From Candidatus Enterousia sp. (GTDB lineage Bacteria > Pseudomonadota > Alphaproteobacteria > Rs-D84): a stretch of 36,368 nt of DNA. Position 1 is the first letter of the stretch; each line of letters starts with the position of its first letter. Below are positions 1-8,717 of the stretch, in pieces. The stretch spans positions 1 through 36,368 of the forward strand of contig JAZROU010000020.1 in the NCBI GenBank assembly GCA_045648865.1. The letters are read 5' to 3'. Below the pieces are notes generated by a model that made no database searches, was not told the origin of the DNA, and saw only the letters and a program-made list of their open reading frames with translations. Position numbers and translations under genes: made by a program.

Positions 1-183
1 ATCATCTTTTTTAACGGTCATCGGAATCAGCGTATCGGCGACCTGGGTTCCCGCACCCGTCGCAATAACGCGTCCGCGCGACGGTTTTTCGCGTGCGTTA
101 TCCGGGATAATAATTCCACCGGCGGTTTTATTTTCTTCTTCAATTCTTTCCAGCAGAACATAATTATGTAACGGTTTAAACAT
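1..183 (-). CDS. groES: Co-chaperonin GroES (5' part; runs off the window start)
   Basis: Not in the ORF track. Manual translation gives [45 protein letters not shown]..., with the GroES mobile loop [19 protein letters not shown] lies upstream of the ATG at 183. Confidence 0.96.
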   Translation of the reverse strand, partial: MFKPLHNYVLLERIEEENKTAGGIIIPDNAREKPSRGRVIATGAGTQVADTLIPMTVKKDD

Positions 184-216
184 AAAAAACTCCTTCTAAT
201 AAAACCCGTACGATTG

Positions 217-244
217 ATATAGTCTAAAAATCATTGATTTCAAG
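217..244 (-). promoter_or_regulatory. Putative sigma32/RpoH-type promoter of groES
   Basis: Minus strand CTTGAA-N15-ACTATAT, resembling the alphaproteobacterial RpoH consensus CTTGAA-N15/16-CCTATAT. Confidence 0.6.
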
Positions 245-262
245 TCTGTATTTTAATATGCT
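234..262 (+). promoter_or_regulatory. Putative sigma70 promoter of the HIT-DUF167 pair
   Basis: TTGATT(234-239)-17 nt-TATGCT(257-262). It overlaps the divergent groES -35 box. Confidence 0.45.
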
Positions 263-287
263 GTAACACAAAAACAAGGGGAATAAA

Positions 288-668
288 ATGAAATATGATG
301 AAAACAATGTGTTTGCGAAAATGATACGCGGTGAAATACCGGTAAACAAAGTTTACGAGAATGAACACGCACTCAGTTTTCATGATATAAACCCGATGTT
401 TCAAACGCATGTCTTGGTAATCCCCAAGGGATCATACCAAAACATACTGGATTTTTCTAAGAATGCGACTGCGGCCGAACAGGTTGGCTTTTGGGAATGC
501 TTTGCAGAAACTGCAAACGCGTTGGGGGTTGAATGTAATTTTAATTGTTTGGCCAATGCTGGTGCAGATGCACCATTTGTAAAGCAGTCTGTGTTTCATT
601 TTCATTTACACTTGGTTGCAGGGCCAAAAACGAATGCGTTCCGTGAACTGGTTGCCGAATTTGAATAG
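288..668 (+). CDS. HIT family nucleotide hydrolase (HinT-like)
   Basis: N-terminal NVFAKMIRGEIP, DINP..THVLVIPK and histidine triad QSVFHFHLH. Confidence 0.93.
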   Translation: MKYDENNVFAKMIRGEIPVNKVYENEHALSFHDINPMFQTHVLVIPKGSYQNILDFSKNATAAEQVGFWECFAETANALGVECNFNCLANAGADAPFVKQSVFHFHLHLVAGPKTNAFRELVAEFE

Positions 669-884
669 ATGAAAATAAATGTTCGTGTTATTCCACGTGC
701 CAAACTTAATCGGGTTGAGGTTCAACCCGATGGCACTGTGCGCGTACACACAACCACCGCCCCCACAGATGGCAAGGCAACATTGGACGTAATAAAAATG
801 CTGGCCGCGCACTATGGGGTGCCGAAAACCAGCATTAAATTGATTCGTGGCGCAACATCGCGCGACAAAGTCTTTGAAATTTAA
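669..884 (+). CDS. DUF167/YggU family protein
   Basis: VRVIPRAK...APTDGKA...GATSRDK pattern; 71 aa. Confidence 0.88.
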   Translation: MKINVRVIPRAKLNRVEVQPDGTVRVHTTTAPTDGKATLDVIKMLAAHYGVPKTSIKLIRGATSRDKVFEI

Positions 885-1432
885 TATTTCAAAATTTGTT
901 TCTTTAATTCTGCGACTGTTTCCGCGTGGAATATATTATAGTTGTCTGTTTTTACAATAAATCCATTCTTTTGCATATGCTTCATCAATCGTGTCAGCGG
1001 ATTCCAGAAATTATTCGTGTTTAAAAAGAATAATGGCTTATCCGTTTCGCCAATTTGTTGCATGGTCAGAATGTCTGTTAATTCATTCAGTGTACCAATT
1101 CCACCTGGCAAAATAATAAATGCATCTGATTCATCAAACATAATTTGTTTTCGTTCGTTTACGCCGTCTACGACCTGGACCATAATTTCTTCGTGGGCAG
1201 GTTCCTGCATTGCGATTACGTCATCGGTTGAAACGCCGATTACTTCGCCACCGTTCTTCAAGGCCGCCGTTGCAACCGTCCCCATCAGACCGACATCGCC
1301 CCCGCCAAACACCATGCGAATACCATTTTTTGCCAGCATACGTCCCACCGCCGCCGCGTCGCGTTTAAATTGTGGGTCTGTTCCAGCCTGGTGTCCGCAG
1401 TACACCGCAATAGATTTTAAGCTGCCTGTCAT
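881..1432 (-). CDS. LOG family phosphoribohydrolase (TIGR00730-type Rossmann fold)
   Basis: IAVYCG, GGGDVGLMG, RK motif and PGGIGTLNE (PGGxGTxxE). Confidence 0.93.
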   Translation of the reverse strand: MTGSLKSIAVYCGHQAGTDPQFKRDAAAVGRMLAKNGIRMVFGGGDVGLMGTVATAALKNGGEVIGVSTDDVIAMQEPAHEEIMVQVVDGVNERKQIMFDESDAFIILPGGIGTLNELTDILTMQQIGETDKPLFFLNTNNFWNPLTRLMKHMQKNGFIVKTDNYNIFHAETVAELKKQILKY

Positions 1433-1479
1433 TTCTTTTTCCTTTATTTTTGCAAATTATAACATAAAATGCCGATACA

Positions 1480-2490
1480 ATGAACGAAAAGTTTGTGGAC
1501 TTTATTCAAAATTTTTCTGGTCAACATCTGGCTGTGGCGGTCAGTGGTGGCGTTGATTCGATTTGTTTATTGCATTGGTTGTGCGCGACAAAAATGAACA
1601 TTGTTGCATTGCATGTTCATCATCATTTGCGCGACGGTGCAGACGTCGAAGCCGACTATGTATCCCGTACATGCAAAGCGTTGGGTGTCCCATGTCATGT
1701 CTTTCATTGGGTGGATGAAAAGCCCACCACCGGTATCGAGGCTGCTGCCCGCACCGCCAGGTATAAGTTCATGACAGATTTTTGTCGCCAAAACAATATC
1801 GACGCCCTGATGATTGCGCACCAGGCCGATGATCAAATTGAAACATTTTTAATGAATCTGGCGCGTGGCAGCGGCGTTGTCGGATTGGCTGGGATGCAGA
1901 CTGTTTCGTATCGCGACGGTGTAAAAATTGTTCGCCCGCTGTTAAATGTTTTTCGGCATGAACTGATTGGGTACTGTAAAAAAAACAACATTATGTATTT
2001 TGACGATGAAATGAATTTTGACACAAAATATACACGTGTAAAAATTCGTCAAAACAGACATTTGCTGTCAGACAAACTTGGTATATCTGATGACAGGATT
2101 TTATTGGCCATCAATAATTTATCGCGTGCGCGTGACGCCTTGGAAAATGATGTTTCGAACCGTGTCAACAGTGTTCTGTACGATGGCTATGCGTTATTTT
2201 CAGATTCTTTTCTATTTGACGTCCCGCCCCATATTGGTTTAAAGTTTCTGGGAATGTTAATCCAGACTGTTGGGGGGGGCGAATATCAACCGCGCTTGAA
2301 TTCGTTAAATTACGCACTAAGTAAATTGCACGACAATTGTCAATTTACGTTGGGGCATTGCACAATTCGGCGTTTCGGCGATCAGATTTTGATTGTCCCC
2401 GAAGGCACAAAAACAAGTATCAGGAAGAAAAATGAAAAAATTAAAAGACTTCAAAAAAAACAAATCAGCAAACAGCCAAAATCGTCATGA
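1480..2490 (+). CDS. tilS: tRNA(Ile)-lysidine synthetase (short form)
   Basis: PP-loop AVSGGVDS, EAAARTARY, AHQADDQIETFLMNLARGSG, VRPLL; located directly upstream of ftsH. Confidence 0.93.
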   Translation: MNEKFVDFIQNFSGQHLAVAVSGGVDSICLLHWLCATKMNIVALHVHHHLRDGADVEADYVSRTCKALGVPCHVFHWVDEKPTTGIEAAARTARYKFMTDFCRQNNIDALMIAHQADDQIETFLMNLARGSGVVGLAGMQTVSYRDGVKIVRPLLNVFRHELIGYCKKNNIMYFDDEMNFDTKYTRVKIRQNRHLLSDKLGISDDRILLAINNLSRARDALENDVSNRVNSVLYDGYALFSDSFLFDVPPHIGLKFLGMLIQTVGGGEYQPRLNSLNYALSKLHDNCQFTLGHCTIRRFGDQILIVPEGTKTSIRKKNEKIKRLQKKQISKQPKSS

Positions 2491-4360
2491 TGGTGCGAAT
2501 TGGTTCTTAATGATTGCCGGCGCAGTTTTTGTTGCGTTGGTGGCGCGCATTCTTTTATTTGGCGGTTTTGCGACGAATGTGACCCCAAATCTTTCCGCCA
2601 CCCCCCAGGCAAAGCCTGTTGTGTTGTCTTTTTCAGACATTTTGCGTCGTGCGCCTGAAATCGAAACCATGAAAATTAACGGTAATGATGCCAGTGGCAC
2701 ATTATCTGATGGAACAAAATATACTGCGACAATTACATATGATCCAGAAATGCTGGCGAAATTATCTGAATCTGGCACTGCGATTACAATTGATACATCG
2801 CGTGGCTGGCTGGACACGGTTGCGACATTTGCGCCACTTGCATTGACATTGTTGTTTATATTCTGGATTTTGCGTGGATTTCGTCGTGGCGGTGCCGCCG
2901 GCGGAATCAGTCGCAGTTTAATCGGTCAAAATCCGACCAAGATTGCCACGGGCAAACCTAAAACAACATTCGCAGATGTTGCAGGTATTGATTCTGAAAA
3001 GCAAGAATTATCAGAAATCGTGGACTTTTTGAAAAACAAAGACAAATACAAATCATTGGGCGCACGTGTTCCGCGCGGCGTCCTGTTATCTGGCCAGCCT
3101 GGAACCGGTAAAACATTGCTGGCGCGCGCCATCGCAGGCGAAGCAAACGTCCCATTCTTTGCAGCATCTGGGTCTGATTTCTCTGGCATTATTGTCGGTC
3201 TGGGGGTCGCAAAAATCAAAGAGATTTTTGAAATGGCAAAACGCAATGCCCCATGTATCCTGTTTATTGATGAAATTGATGCAATTGGTCAAAAGCGTTC
3301 AACCCATTCATACAATGACCAAGATCGCGAACAGACGTTAAATCAATTGTTGATTGAAATGGATGGTTTTGCCAACGATACTGGTATCATTGTAATTGGT
3401 GCGACAAACCGTGTTGACATGCTGGACGCTGCATTGTTGCGTCCTGGGCGATTTGACCGCCAGGTTTACATCGAATTACCTGATATGGCGGGGCGCCGTG
3501 AAATACTGGATTTATACGCAAAACGCGTCAAGATTGATGAAACGGTAAATCTGCAGGATATTGCGCGTGGCACAACCGGTTTTTCAGGCGCAGATTTGGA
3601 AAATTTGTTGAACGAGGCCGCCCTGCATGCGGTTCGCAATGGGCGTGATAAAATTGTTCCAGACGATATCGAAGAAGCGCGCGATAAAATTATAATGGGC
3701 CCGCGCAAGATTCGCAAAATGCGCCCCGAAGATATAAAACTGACCGCGTATCACGAAGCGGGGCATGCATTTGTCAGCATGATGTACGAAGGTGTTGCAG
3801 ACCCGATACACAAGGCGACAATCATCCCACGTGGTCGTGCATTGGGTATGGTCCAGCATTTGCCGATTGATGACAAGGTTTCTATGACCCTGGCCGAGGT
3901 TCGGGCCAACCTGTCAATTGCGTTGGCGGGTCGTTGCGCCGAAGAAATTTTCTTTGGCCCAGACAAGATTACCACTGGTGCGGAAAGTGATATCGCATCT
4001 GCAACACACCTGGCGCGTTATTCTATAACAACGGCAGGCTTGTCAAAGCGGGTTGGTCTGCCTGCAATCAACCAGGTCGGAACATTTGGTGTTCGTGGCG
4101 CATTGGAAAATGCATCTGAAAAAACGGCAGAATTGGTTGACGCGGAAATACGTTCCTGGCTGGATGCGGCGCACGCGGATGCAACAAAACATTTGTCTAA
4201 AAATAAAAAGATTGTTGAAAAGTTGGCGAATGAATTGTTGACGCGCGAAACGCTGACCGGCGAAGAAATTCGCGAAATTATCCATGGCCCAGCGTCCAAG
4301 CCCATCCCCAAAAAAACACCAAGAAAACGTACCAATGCAACAAAAACTAAGAAACAATAA
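2432..4360 (+). CDS. ftsH: ATP-dependent zinc metalloprotease FtsH
   Basis: Two TM segments, Walker A GQPGTGKT, Walker B FIDEID, SRH ALLRPGRFDR and HEAGH zinc motif. ATG 2432 (AGGA upstream) is preferred to TTG 2393. Confidence 0.96.
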   Translation: MKKLKDFKKNKSANSQNRHDGANWFLMIAGAVFVALVARILLFGGFATNVTPNLSATPQAKPVVLSFSDILRRAPEIETMKINGNDASGTLSDGTKYTATITYDPEMLAKLSESGTAITIDTSRGWLDTVATFAPLALTLLFIFWILRGFRRGGAAGGISRSLIGQNPTKIATGKPKTTFADVAGIDSEKQELSEIVDFLKNKDKYKSLGARVPRGVLLSGQPGTGKTLLARAIAGEANVPFFAASGSDFSGIIVGLGVAKIKEIFEMAKRNAPCILFIDEIDAIGQKRSTHSYNDQDREQTLNQLLIEMDGFANDTGIIVIGATNRVDMLDAALLRPGRFDRQVYIELPDMAGRREILDLYAKRVKIDETVNLQDIARGTTGFSGADLENLLNEAALHAVRNGRDKIVPDDIEEARDKIIMGPRKIRKMRPEDIKLTAYHEAGHAFVSMMYEGVADPIHKATIIPRGRALGMVQHLPIDDKVSMTLAEVRANLSIALAGRCAEEIFFGPDKITTGAESDIASATHLARYSITTAGLSKRVGLPAINQVGTFGVRGALENASEKTAELVDAEIRSWLDAAHADATKHLSKNKKIVEKLANELLTRETLTGEEIREIIHGPASKPIPKKTPRKRTNATKTKKQ

Positions 4361-4985
4361 ATTTGAATTAATACAAATGCCTCCACAAAATACACAATCT
4401 GTTATTGTGTCTGTGGGGGACGAATGTGTTATATTTGACCCGTGGGGACAGATGTCTGATTGGGTGCGCACATTAGATATGCGCGGATTAAAATTGCGCG
4501 CAATTTATGCGACCCATGGTCACCCAGATCACATTGCATGTGCGCCGGCGTTGGCAAAAAAATATGATGTACCATGGTACTTGCACAGCGGTGATTTCAG
4601 GTTGGTGGGTTGGGGTAACGATTTGCTGGAATACTTTGGGCTGCCAAAAATCAGCATTGATGACATTCGCCCAACAGCACTGGATTTAAATCGCACAGAA
4701 ATCTTGCCGAATTTGTTTATGGACATAATTGAAACACCTGGGCATACCCCTGGTGGCGTGGCGTATAATTTCCCGGACCAAGGTGTTATCATAATCGGTG
4801 ACACATTATTTCAAACCGGTGTTGGTCGTTATGATTTGCCAGGCGGCGATGAAAAGATGTTATATCGGTCGATATCAAATCTGTATAATATGAATCTGCC
4901 TGGTGATACAGATGTTGTGCATGGGCATGGTATGGCAACAACCGTCGACTGGCTGAAACAGAATAATTCATTTTTTCGAAAATAA
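4335..4985 (+). CDS. MBL-fold metallo-hydrolase (glyoxalase II/YcbL-like)
   Basis: THGHPDH, TPGHTPG, GDTLF and GHG motifs. Start uncertain (4284, 4335 or 4377). Confidence 0.9.
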   Translation: MQQKLRNNKFELIQMPPQNTQSVIVSVGDECVIFDPWGQMSDWVRTLDMRGLKLRAIYATHGHPDHIACAPALAKKYDVPWYLHSGDFRLVGWGNDLLEYFGLPKISIDDIRPTALDLNRTEILPNLFMDIIETPGHTPGGVAYNFPDQGVIIIGDTLFQTGVGRYDLPGGDEKMLYRSISNLYNMNLPGDTDVVHGHGMATTVDWLKQNNSFFRK

Positions 4986-4995
4986 AAACGCATAA

Positions 4996-6135
4996 TTATG
5001 CGTTTTTTTCAATACTGTTTGCAATTGTGTAAATCGCTCCATTTTCATCTGGTTGCCACAGTTTGTCTGCGGATTCTAAATCTGCAATCATGCGTTCACG
5101 CTTTGCAGGAATCGCCAATTGCTGTATTTCGTTCATTATATTATCTGTTGTCGCATCCGGCCCCAGTAATTCAGGATACACAGAACGGTTCAATAAAATA
5201 TTAACCAAAGACACCCATTTTACATTAATGATTTGTCGCACTATCCATGTTGTTATTGGGTTCATTTTATAAACAACAATTGTCGGTATGTGTAACATCG
5301 CCAATTCTGCGGACACGGTCCCACTGGCAACGATTGCGATATATGTCTTTGCGTAAATATCATATCGTTCTGCCGCCGGAACCAGTTCTGGTTTAACACG
5401 CCAACGCGCTGTTTCGCGTTTTACATATTCCACAGTTGTTTCGACGGTTGGTATTATAAATCTGTATCCCATATATCCATCACGATACAGGCGTTCTGCC
5501 ACATCGCGCATCAGTGGCAATAATTTTTTTACCTCAGACATTCTGCTGCCTGGAACCAATGTTATAATTTTTTCTGTCTGTTTTTTTACGCGTTTGCTTT
5601 TCCCAACCAACCCATCTGCAATTGGGTGTCCAACCGCAACGGTATCCAGTCCATGCTTTGTAAAATATGGGACTTCGAAATCAAAGAATGCATACAATTT
5701 ATCAAATGTTTTGGCGTATTTTTTTGCGCGCCCCGGTCGCCATGCCCAAACCTGTGGGGCAACGACGTGATGAAACCTCAGGCCATTTTCAATCAGTCTT
5801 TGACCGTCTGCTGATTTGCGGATTTGTTTTATAACGCTGCGCGCGAACCCAGGCGCATCAATTGACACCACGATATCAGGTTTCAATTCAATTATCGCAT
5901 TAACGGTCTGCTTTATTCGCCGTGTTAATGTCCTTGCGCGCATTAAAACCTCGACCGCGCCCATAACCGCCAGGTCAGACATCGGGAACAGTGACTTTAA
6001 ACCCGCCGCTTGCATATTTTCGCCACCAATTCCAACAAAATGTGCATTTGGCATCTGTGACATAATGCGCGCCCCCAGCACATCGCCTGAAACTTCGCCT
6101 GCGATAATGAAAACGGTCTGCTTCTTATTCTGCAT
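4996..6135 (-). CDS. lpxB: Lipid-A-disaccharide synthase
   Basis: IIAGEVSGD, DAPGF, APQVWAWR, VGHP, PGSRMSEV, SGTVSAE. Start taken at MQNKKQ (6135), overlapping the end of lpxA. Confidence 0.95.
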   Translation of the reverse strand: MQNKKQTVFIIAGEVSGDVLGARIMSQMPNAHFVGIGGENMQAAGLKSLFPMSDLAVMGAVEVLMRARTLTRRIKQTVNAIIELKPDIVVSIDAPGFARSVIKQIRKSADGQRLIENGLRFHHVVAPQVWAWRPGRAKKYAKTFDKLYAFFDFEVPYFTKHGLDTVAVGHPIADGLVGKSKRVKKQTEKIITLVPGSRMSEVKKLLPLMRDVAERLYRDGYMGYRFIIPTVETTVEYVKRETARWRVKPELVPAAERYDIYAKTYIAIVASGTVSAELAMLHIPTIVVYKMNPITTWIVRQIINVKWVSLVNILLNRSVYPELLGPDATTDNIMNEIQQLAIPAKRERMIADLESADKLWQPDENGAIYTIANSIEKNA

Positions 6136-6925
6136 TTTTAGATGTACCAATTCCGCGTTTTGAACGATTCTCAATAAAGTCAATTGCATCCATTGCGTAT
6201 TTATTATTTTTTACTTCTTTTCTGACCTTGGCCAATCGTTCTGATACGGTTCCTTCGCCCCCATTAAATACGGCGGCATATACAGAATGTATTGCGTGCA
6301 TATCTTCGTTTGTAAATCCATGGCGCATTAATCCGACGCGGTTAATTGTCCGATAAACTGCGCGTGGGCTGCCATCATAAATTGCGTATGGTAAAACGTC
6401 ATTGCCAACACCGGACATGCCACCAATAAATGCATTGCGTCCTATGCGCGCAAATTGCAGAACCATTGCACCACCACTTATGATTGCGAAATCTTCAACC
6501 TCTACATGCCCGGCCAGTTGAACCAGGTTTGACATAACGACGCTGTTGCCGACGCGACAATCGTGTGCAACGTGAGCATTTACCATAATTTGGCAATCGT
6601 CCCCGATAACTGTGCCATCTGACGCAGGGGTTCCAGAATGAATTGTTGCATATTCGCGAATTTTACAGCGTTTACCAATGCGAACGCCTGTCATTGTTGC
6701 TTCATCCTGCCATTTTAAATCCTGGCTCATAACGCCAACGACAGCAAAAGGATAAATAATAGAGTCGTCACCCACTGATGTTTTGCCATCAATAACGACA
6801 TGTGAAACCAGTTCTACACGGTCCCCCAGAACCACGTCTGCGCCCACAATACAATATGGACCAATTTTGCAATCTGCGCCCAATTTTGCGCCTTCATGAA
6901 TGATTGCCGTTGGATGTATTTGCAT
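6125..6925 (-). CDS. lpxA: UDP-N-acetylglucosamine O-acyltransferase
   Basis: IHPTAII hexapeptide repeats, QDLK, IREYATIHSGT, HVAHDC and a helical C-terminus ending SKRGI. Confidence 0.95.
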   Translation of the reverse strand: MQIHPTAIIHEGAKLGADCKIGPYCIVGADVVLGDRVELVSHVVIDGKTSVGDDSIIYPFAVVGVMSQDLKWQDEATMTGVRIGKRCKIREYATIHSGTPASDGTVIGDDCQIMVNAHVAHDCRVGNSVVMSNLVQLAGHVEVEDFAIISGGAMVLQFARIGRNAFIGGMSGVGNDVLPYAIYDGSPRAVYRTINRVGLMRHGFTNEDMHAIHSVYAAVFNGGEGTVSERLAKVRKEVKNNKYAMDAIDFIENRSKRGIGTSKNAE

Positions 6926-7006
6926 AATAAAACCCGTTTTTTTACATTTAACGGGTTGAATAATATATTAAAACGAAGATAAATTGTATTAAATAAATAT
7001 AACCAA

Positions 7007-7993
7007 TTATAACAAGCGCTTGCTTTCTGTCCAAAAATTTACATACGGAACGGTTGTCCAATACAGTATTCCGATTGCTGTAATCACAGGCATAACCGTG
7101 ATTGCGCCAAATGCCATCAGTGCGATTGAAAATATCTTATCACCTAATGCATCAAACTTTTTTTCTGCATGCCATACAGACATCGCGACAGATAAAAACA
7201 CAGCTGTCATTGTTCCAATGAAAATAGGTACTGCTTCGGTCAGCATAAACAGCGCGATCCCCAGCACACAAATAACACGCATTAACCATTTCAGTTTTAT
7301 ATAAACGCTGTGTCGAATTTTTGCGCGCGAATTTATATTTTGAATTGCGACTGTGGCCATACATGCACACCCCAGCCCCAATACCGCCATCAGGTGCAGC
7401 GTTGTCAGATGCCCCAGTTGTCCAAATCTAAAGAATTCCGGTTGCATCAGCATCGCAATCGCAACCATCATCATAATTAAAATTATTCCACCTGCGGGTC
7501 TCATTTTACCCTTGGCAATACGTCCCAGTACGCAGCCTGCCACAAACGCGCCAATCTGTAATATTGGTCCCCACCATGCATGCGTATCAGACATCCCAAC
7601 CGCCATCAGTATGAAAATCACAGCCACCCATCGCCGCCAGTTCATTTTTGGTAATGGCATATCGCGTAAATGCGATGAAATAAACAAAGTTGTTAAAAAC
7701 ACAATCATTGCAACCATTAACGGTAATACGGATAAAGTATCACGCAACACCGCGTAATTCCCACCAAACAGAACAATCCAAACACATGTCAAACCTGCAA
7801 TCCACAGTGAAGATTTATTCAGTATATTGTCGCTGGTCCATCCAATGCGTTTCAGAATTATATCGCTGCACCAAAATGTAATGATAAACAGTGGCAATGC
7901 CAGCCCCGTCCACCACAAAAATGCTGGCGCCCACAATGCTGCATTATTAAAAGCACTTACTGCACTTTCCACCACAATAAACTCGTTCAACAT
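7007..7993 (-). CDS. Polytopic membrane protein of unknown function (about 10 TM)
   Basis: Long ORF with many hydrophobic segments. ATG 7993 is preferred because the longer frame overlaps the divergent gene. No family recognised. Confidence 0.7.
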   Translation of the reverse strand: MLNEFIVVESAVSAFNNAALWAPAFLWWTGLALPLFIITFWCSDIILKRIGWTSDNILNKSSLWIAGLTCVWIVLFGGNYAVLRDTLSVLPLMVAMIVFLTTLFISSHLRDMPLPKMNWRRWVAVIFILMAVGMSDTHAWWGPILQIGAFVAGCVLGRIAKGKMRPAGGIILIMMMVAIAMLMQPEFFRFGQLGHLTTLHLMAVLGLGCACMATVAIQNINSRAKIRHSVYIKLKWLMRVICVLGIALFMLTEAVPIFIGTMTAVFLSVAMSVWHAEKKFDALGDKIFSIALMAFGAITVMPVITAIGILYWTTVPYVNFWTESKRLL

Positions 7994-8033
7994 ACACTTG
8001 CCTTTTGTTTTTGTTGCTTTATTATAAATACAG

Positions 8034-8717
8034 ATGAGCATAAAACAAGAAATTTTTACCTTGATGGGTGGTCGCGTTAAAATGTATCGCGGTCATTATA
8101 ACCCAACGTCAGACGCTGTGTGGCTGGCGGCTTTTGCACCACATGGTGCTAAAACTGTACTGGATGTTGGTATTGGTACCGGTGGTGTATCGCTGTGCCT
8201 GTTGGCAAATAATCCAGATATGGATATAACCGGAATTGATGTATCGGATGACATGTTAACCGCATGTCGCGATAACGCAGATCTAAACTGCGCGAACATC
8301 GAACTGTTGAACGCAGATATCGCCACATGGCGCACAAATAAAACATTTGATCTGGTTATAACAAATCCGCCTTATTTCAGTGGCACGCCCGCGAAGCATA
8401 ACGCGCATCACAATGCTGATTTGCCTGAATGGGTGGCGCGTTGTATTTCCCGTGTGCGTCCGATGGGAACTTTTTGCATTATTACAGATGCTGCGACCGC
8501 GGGGATTGTTATTGCAGAAATGGCCAAGAAATTAGGCGATATAACGATGTTTCCATTATTCGGGGCGCGTGACACAGCAGAACGTGTTTTGTTATCTGGG
8601 CGCCTGGGGTCGCGTGGGATATCCATTATACATCGCGGCTGCTCTATGAATTATGAACCTATTTTGCGCGATGGCTTGACTATTGCGGATACTTTGACTA
8701 AACTGTCACACAAATGA
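8034..8717 (+). CDS. SAM-dependent N6-adenine methyltransferase, TrmN6/YfiC (tRNA1Val m6A37)-like
   Basis: DAVWLAAF, VLDVGIGTG (motif I) and TNPPYF (motif IV). Confidence 0.82.
   Translation: MSIKQEIFTLMGGRVKMYRGHYNPTSDAVWLAAFAPHGAKTVLDVGIGTGGVSLCLLANNPDMDITGIDVSDDMLTACRDNADLNCANIELLNADIATWRTNKTFDLVITNPPYFSGTPAKHNAHHNADLPEWVARCISRVRPMGTFCIITDAATAGIVIAEMAKKLGDITMFPLFGARDTAERVLLSGRLGSRGISIIHRGCSMNYEPILRDGLTIADTLTKLSHK

Noticed and set aside
197-209. 13-mer TAATAAAACCCGT shared by the groES (197-209) and lpxA (6925-6937) upstream regions
   Set aside because: Only two copies of an AT-rich 13-mer; several such chance matches are expected in 36 kb.
184-287. CIRCE/HrcA operator upstream of groES
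   Set aside because: No TTAGCACTC-N9-GAGTGCTAA inverted repeat is present.
942-1556. Long antisense/overlapping ORFs (e.g. 942-1556, 12333-12890, 21777-22343, 25720-26313, 34434-35057, 36035-36340)
   Set aside because: They shadow well-supported genes on the opposite strand and show no recognisable motifs.
8034-8717. NPPY methyltransferase as a restriction-modification DNA methylase
   Set aside because: It is short, has no target-recognition domain or nuclease neighbour, and its DAVxLA motif fits the TrmN6/YfiC family.
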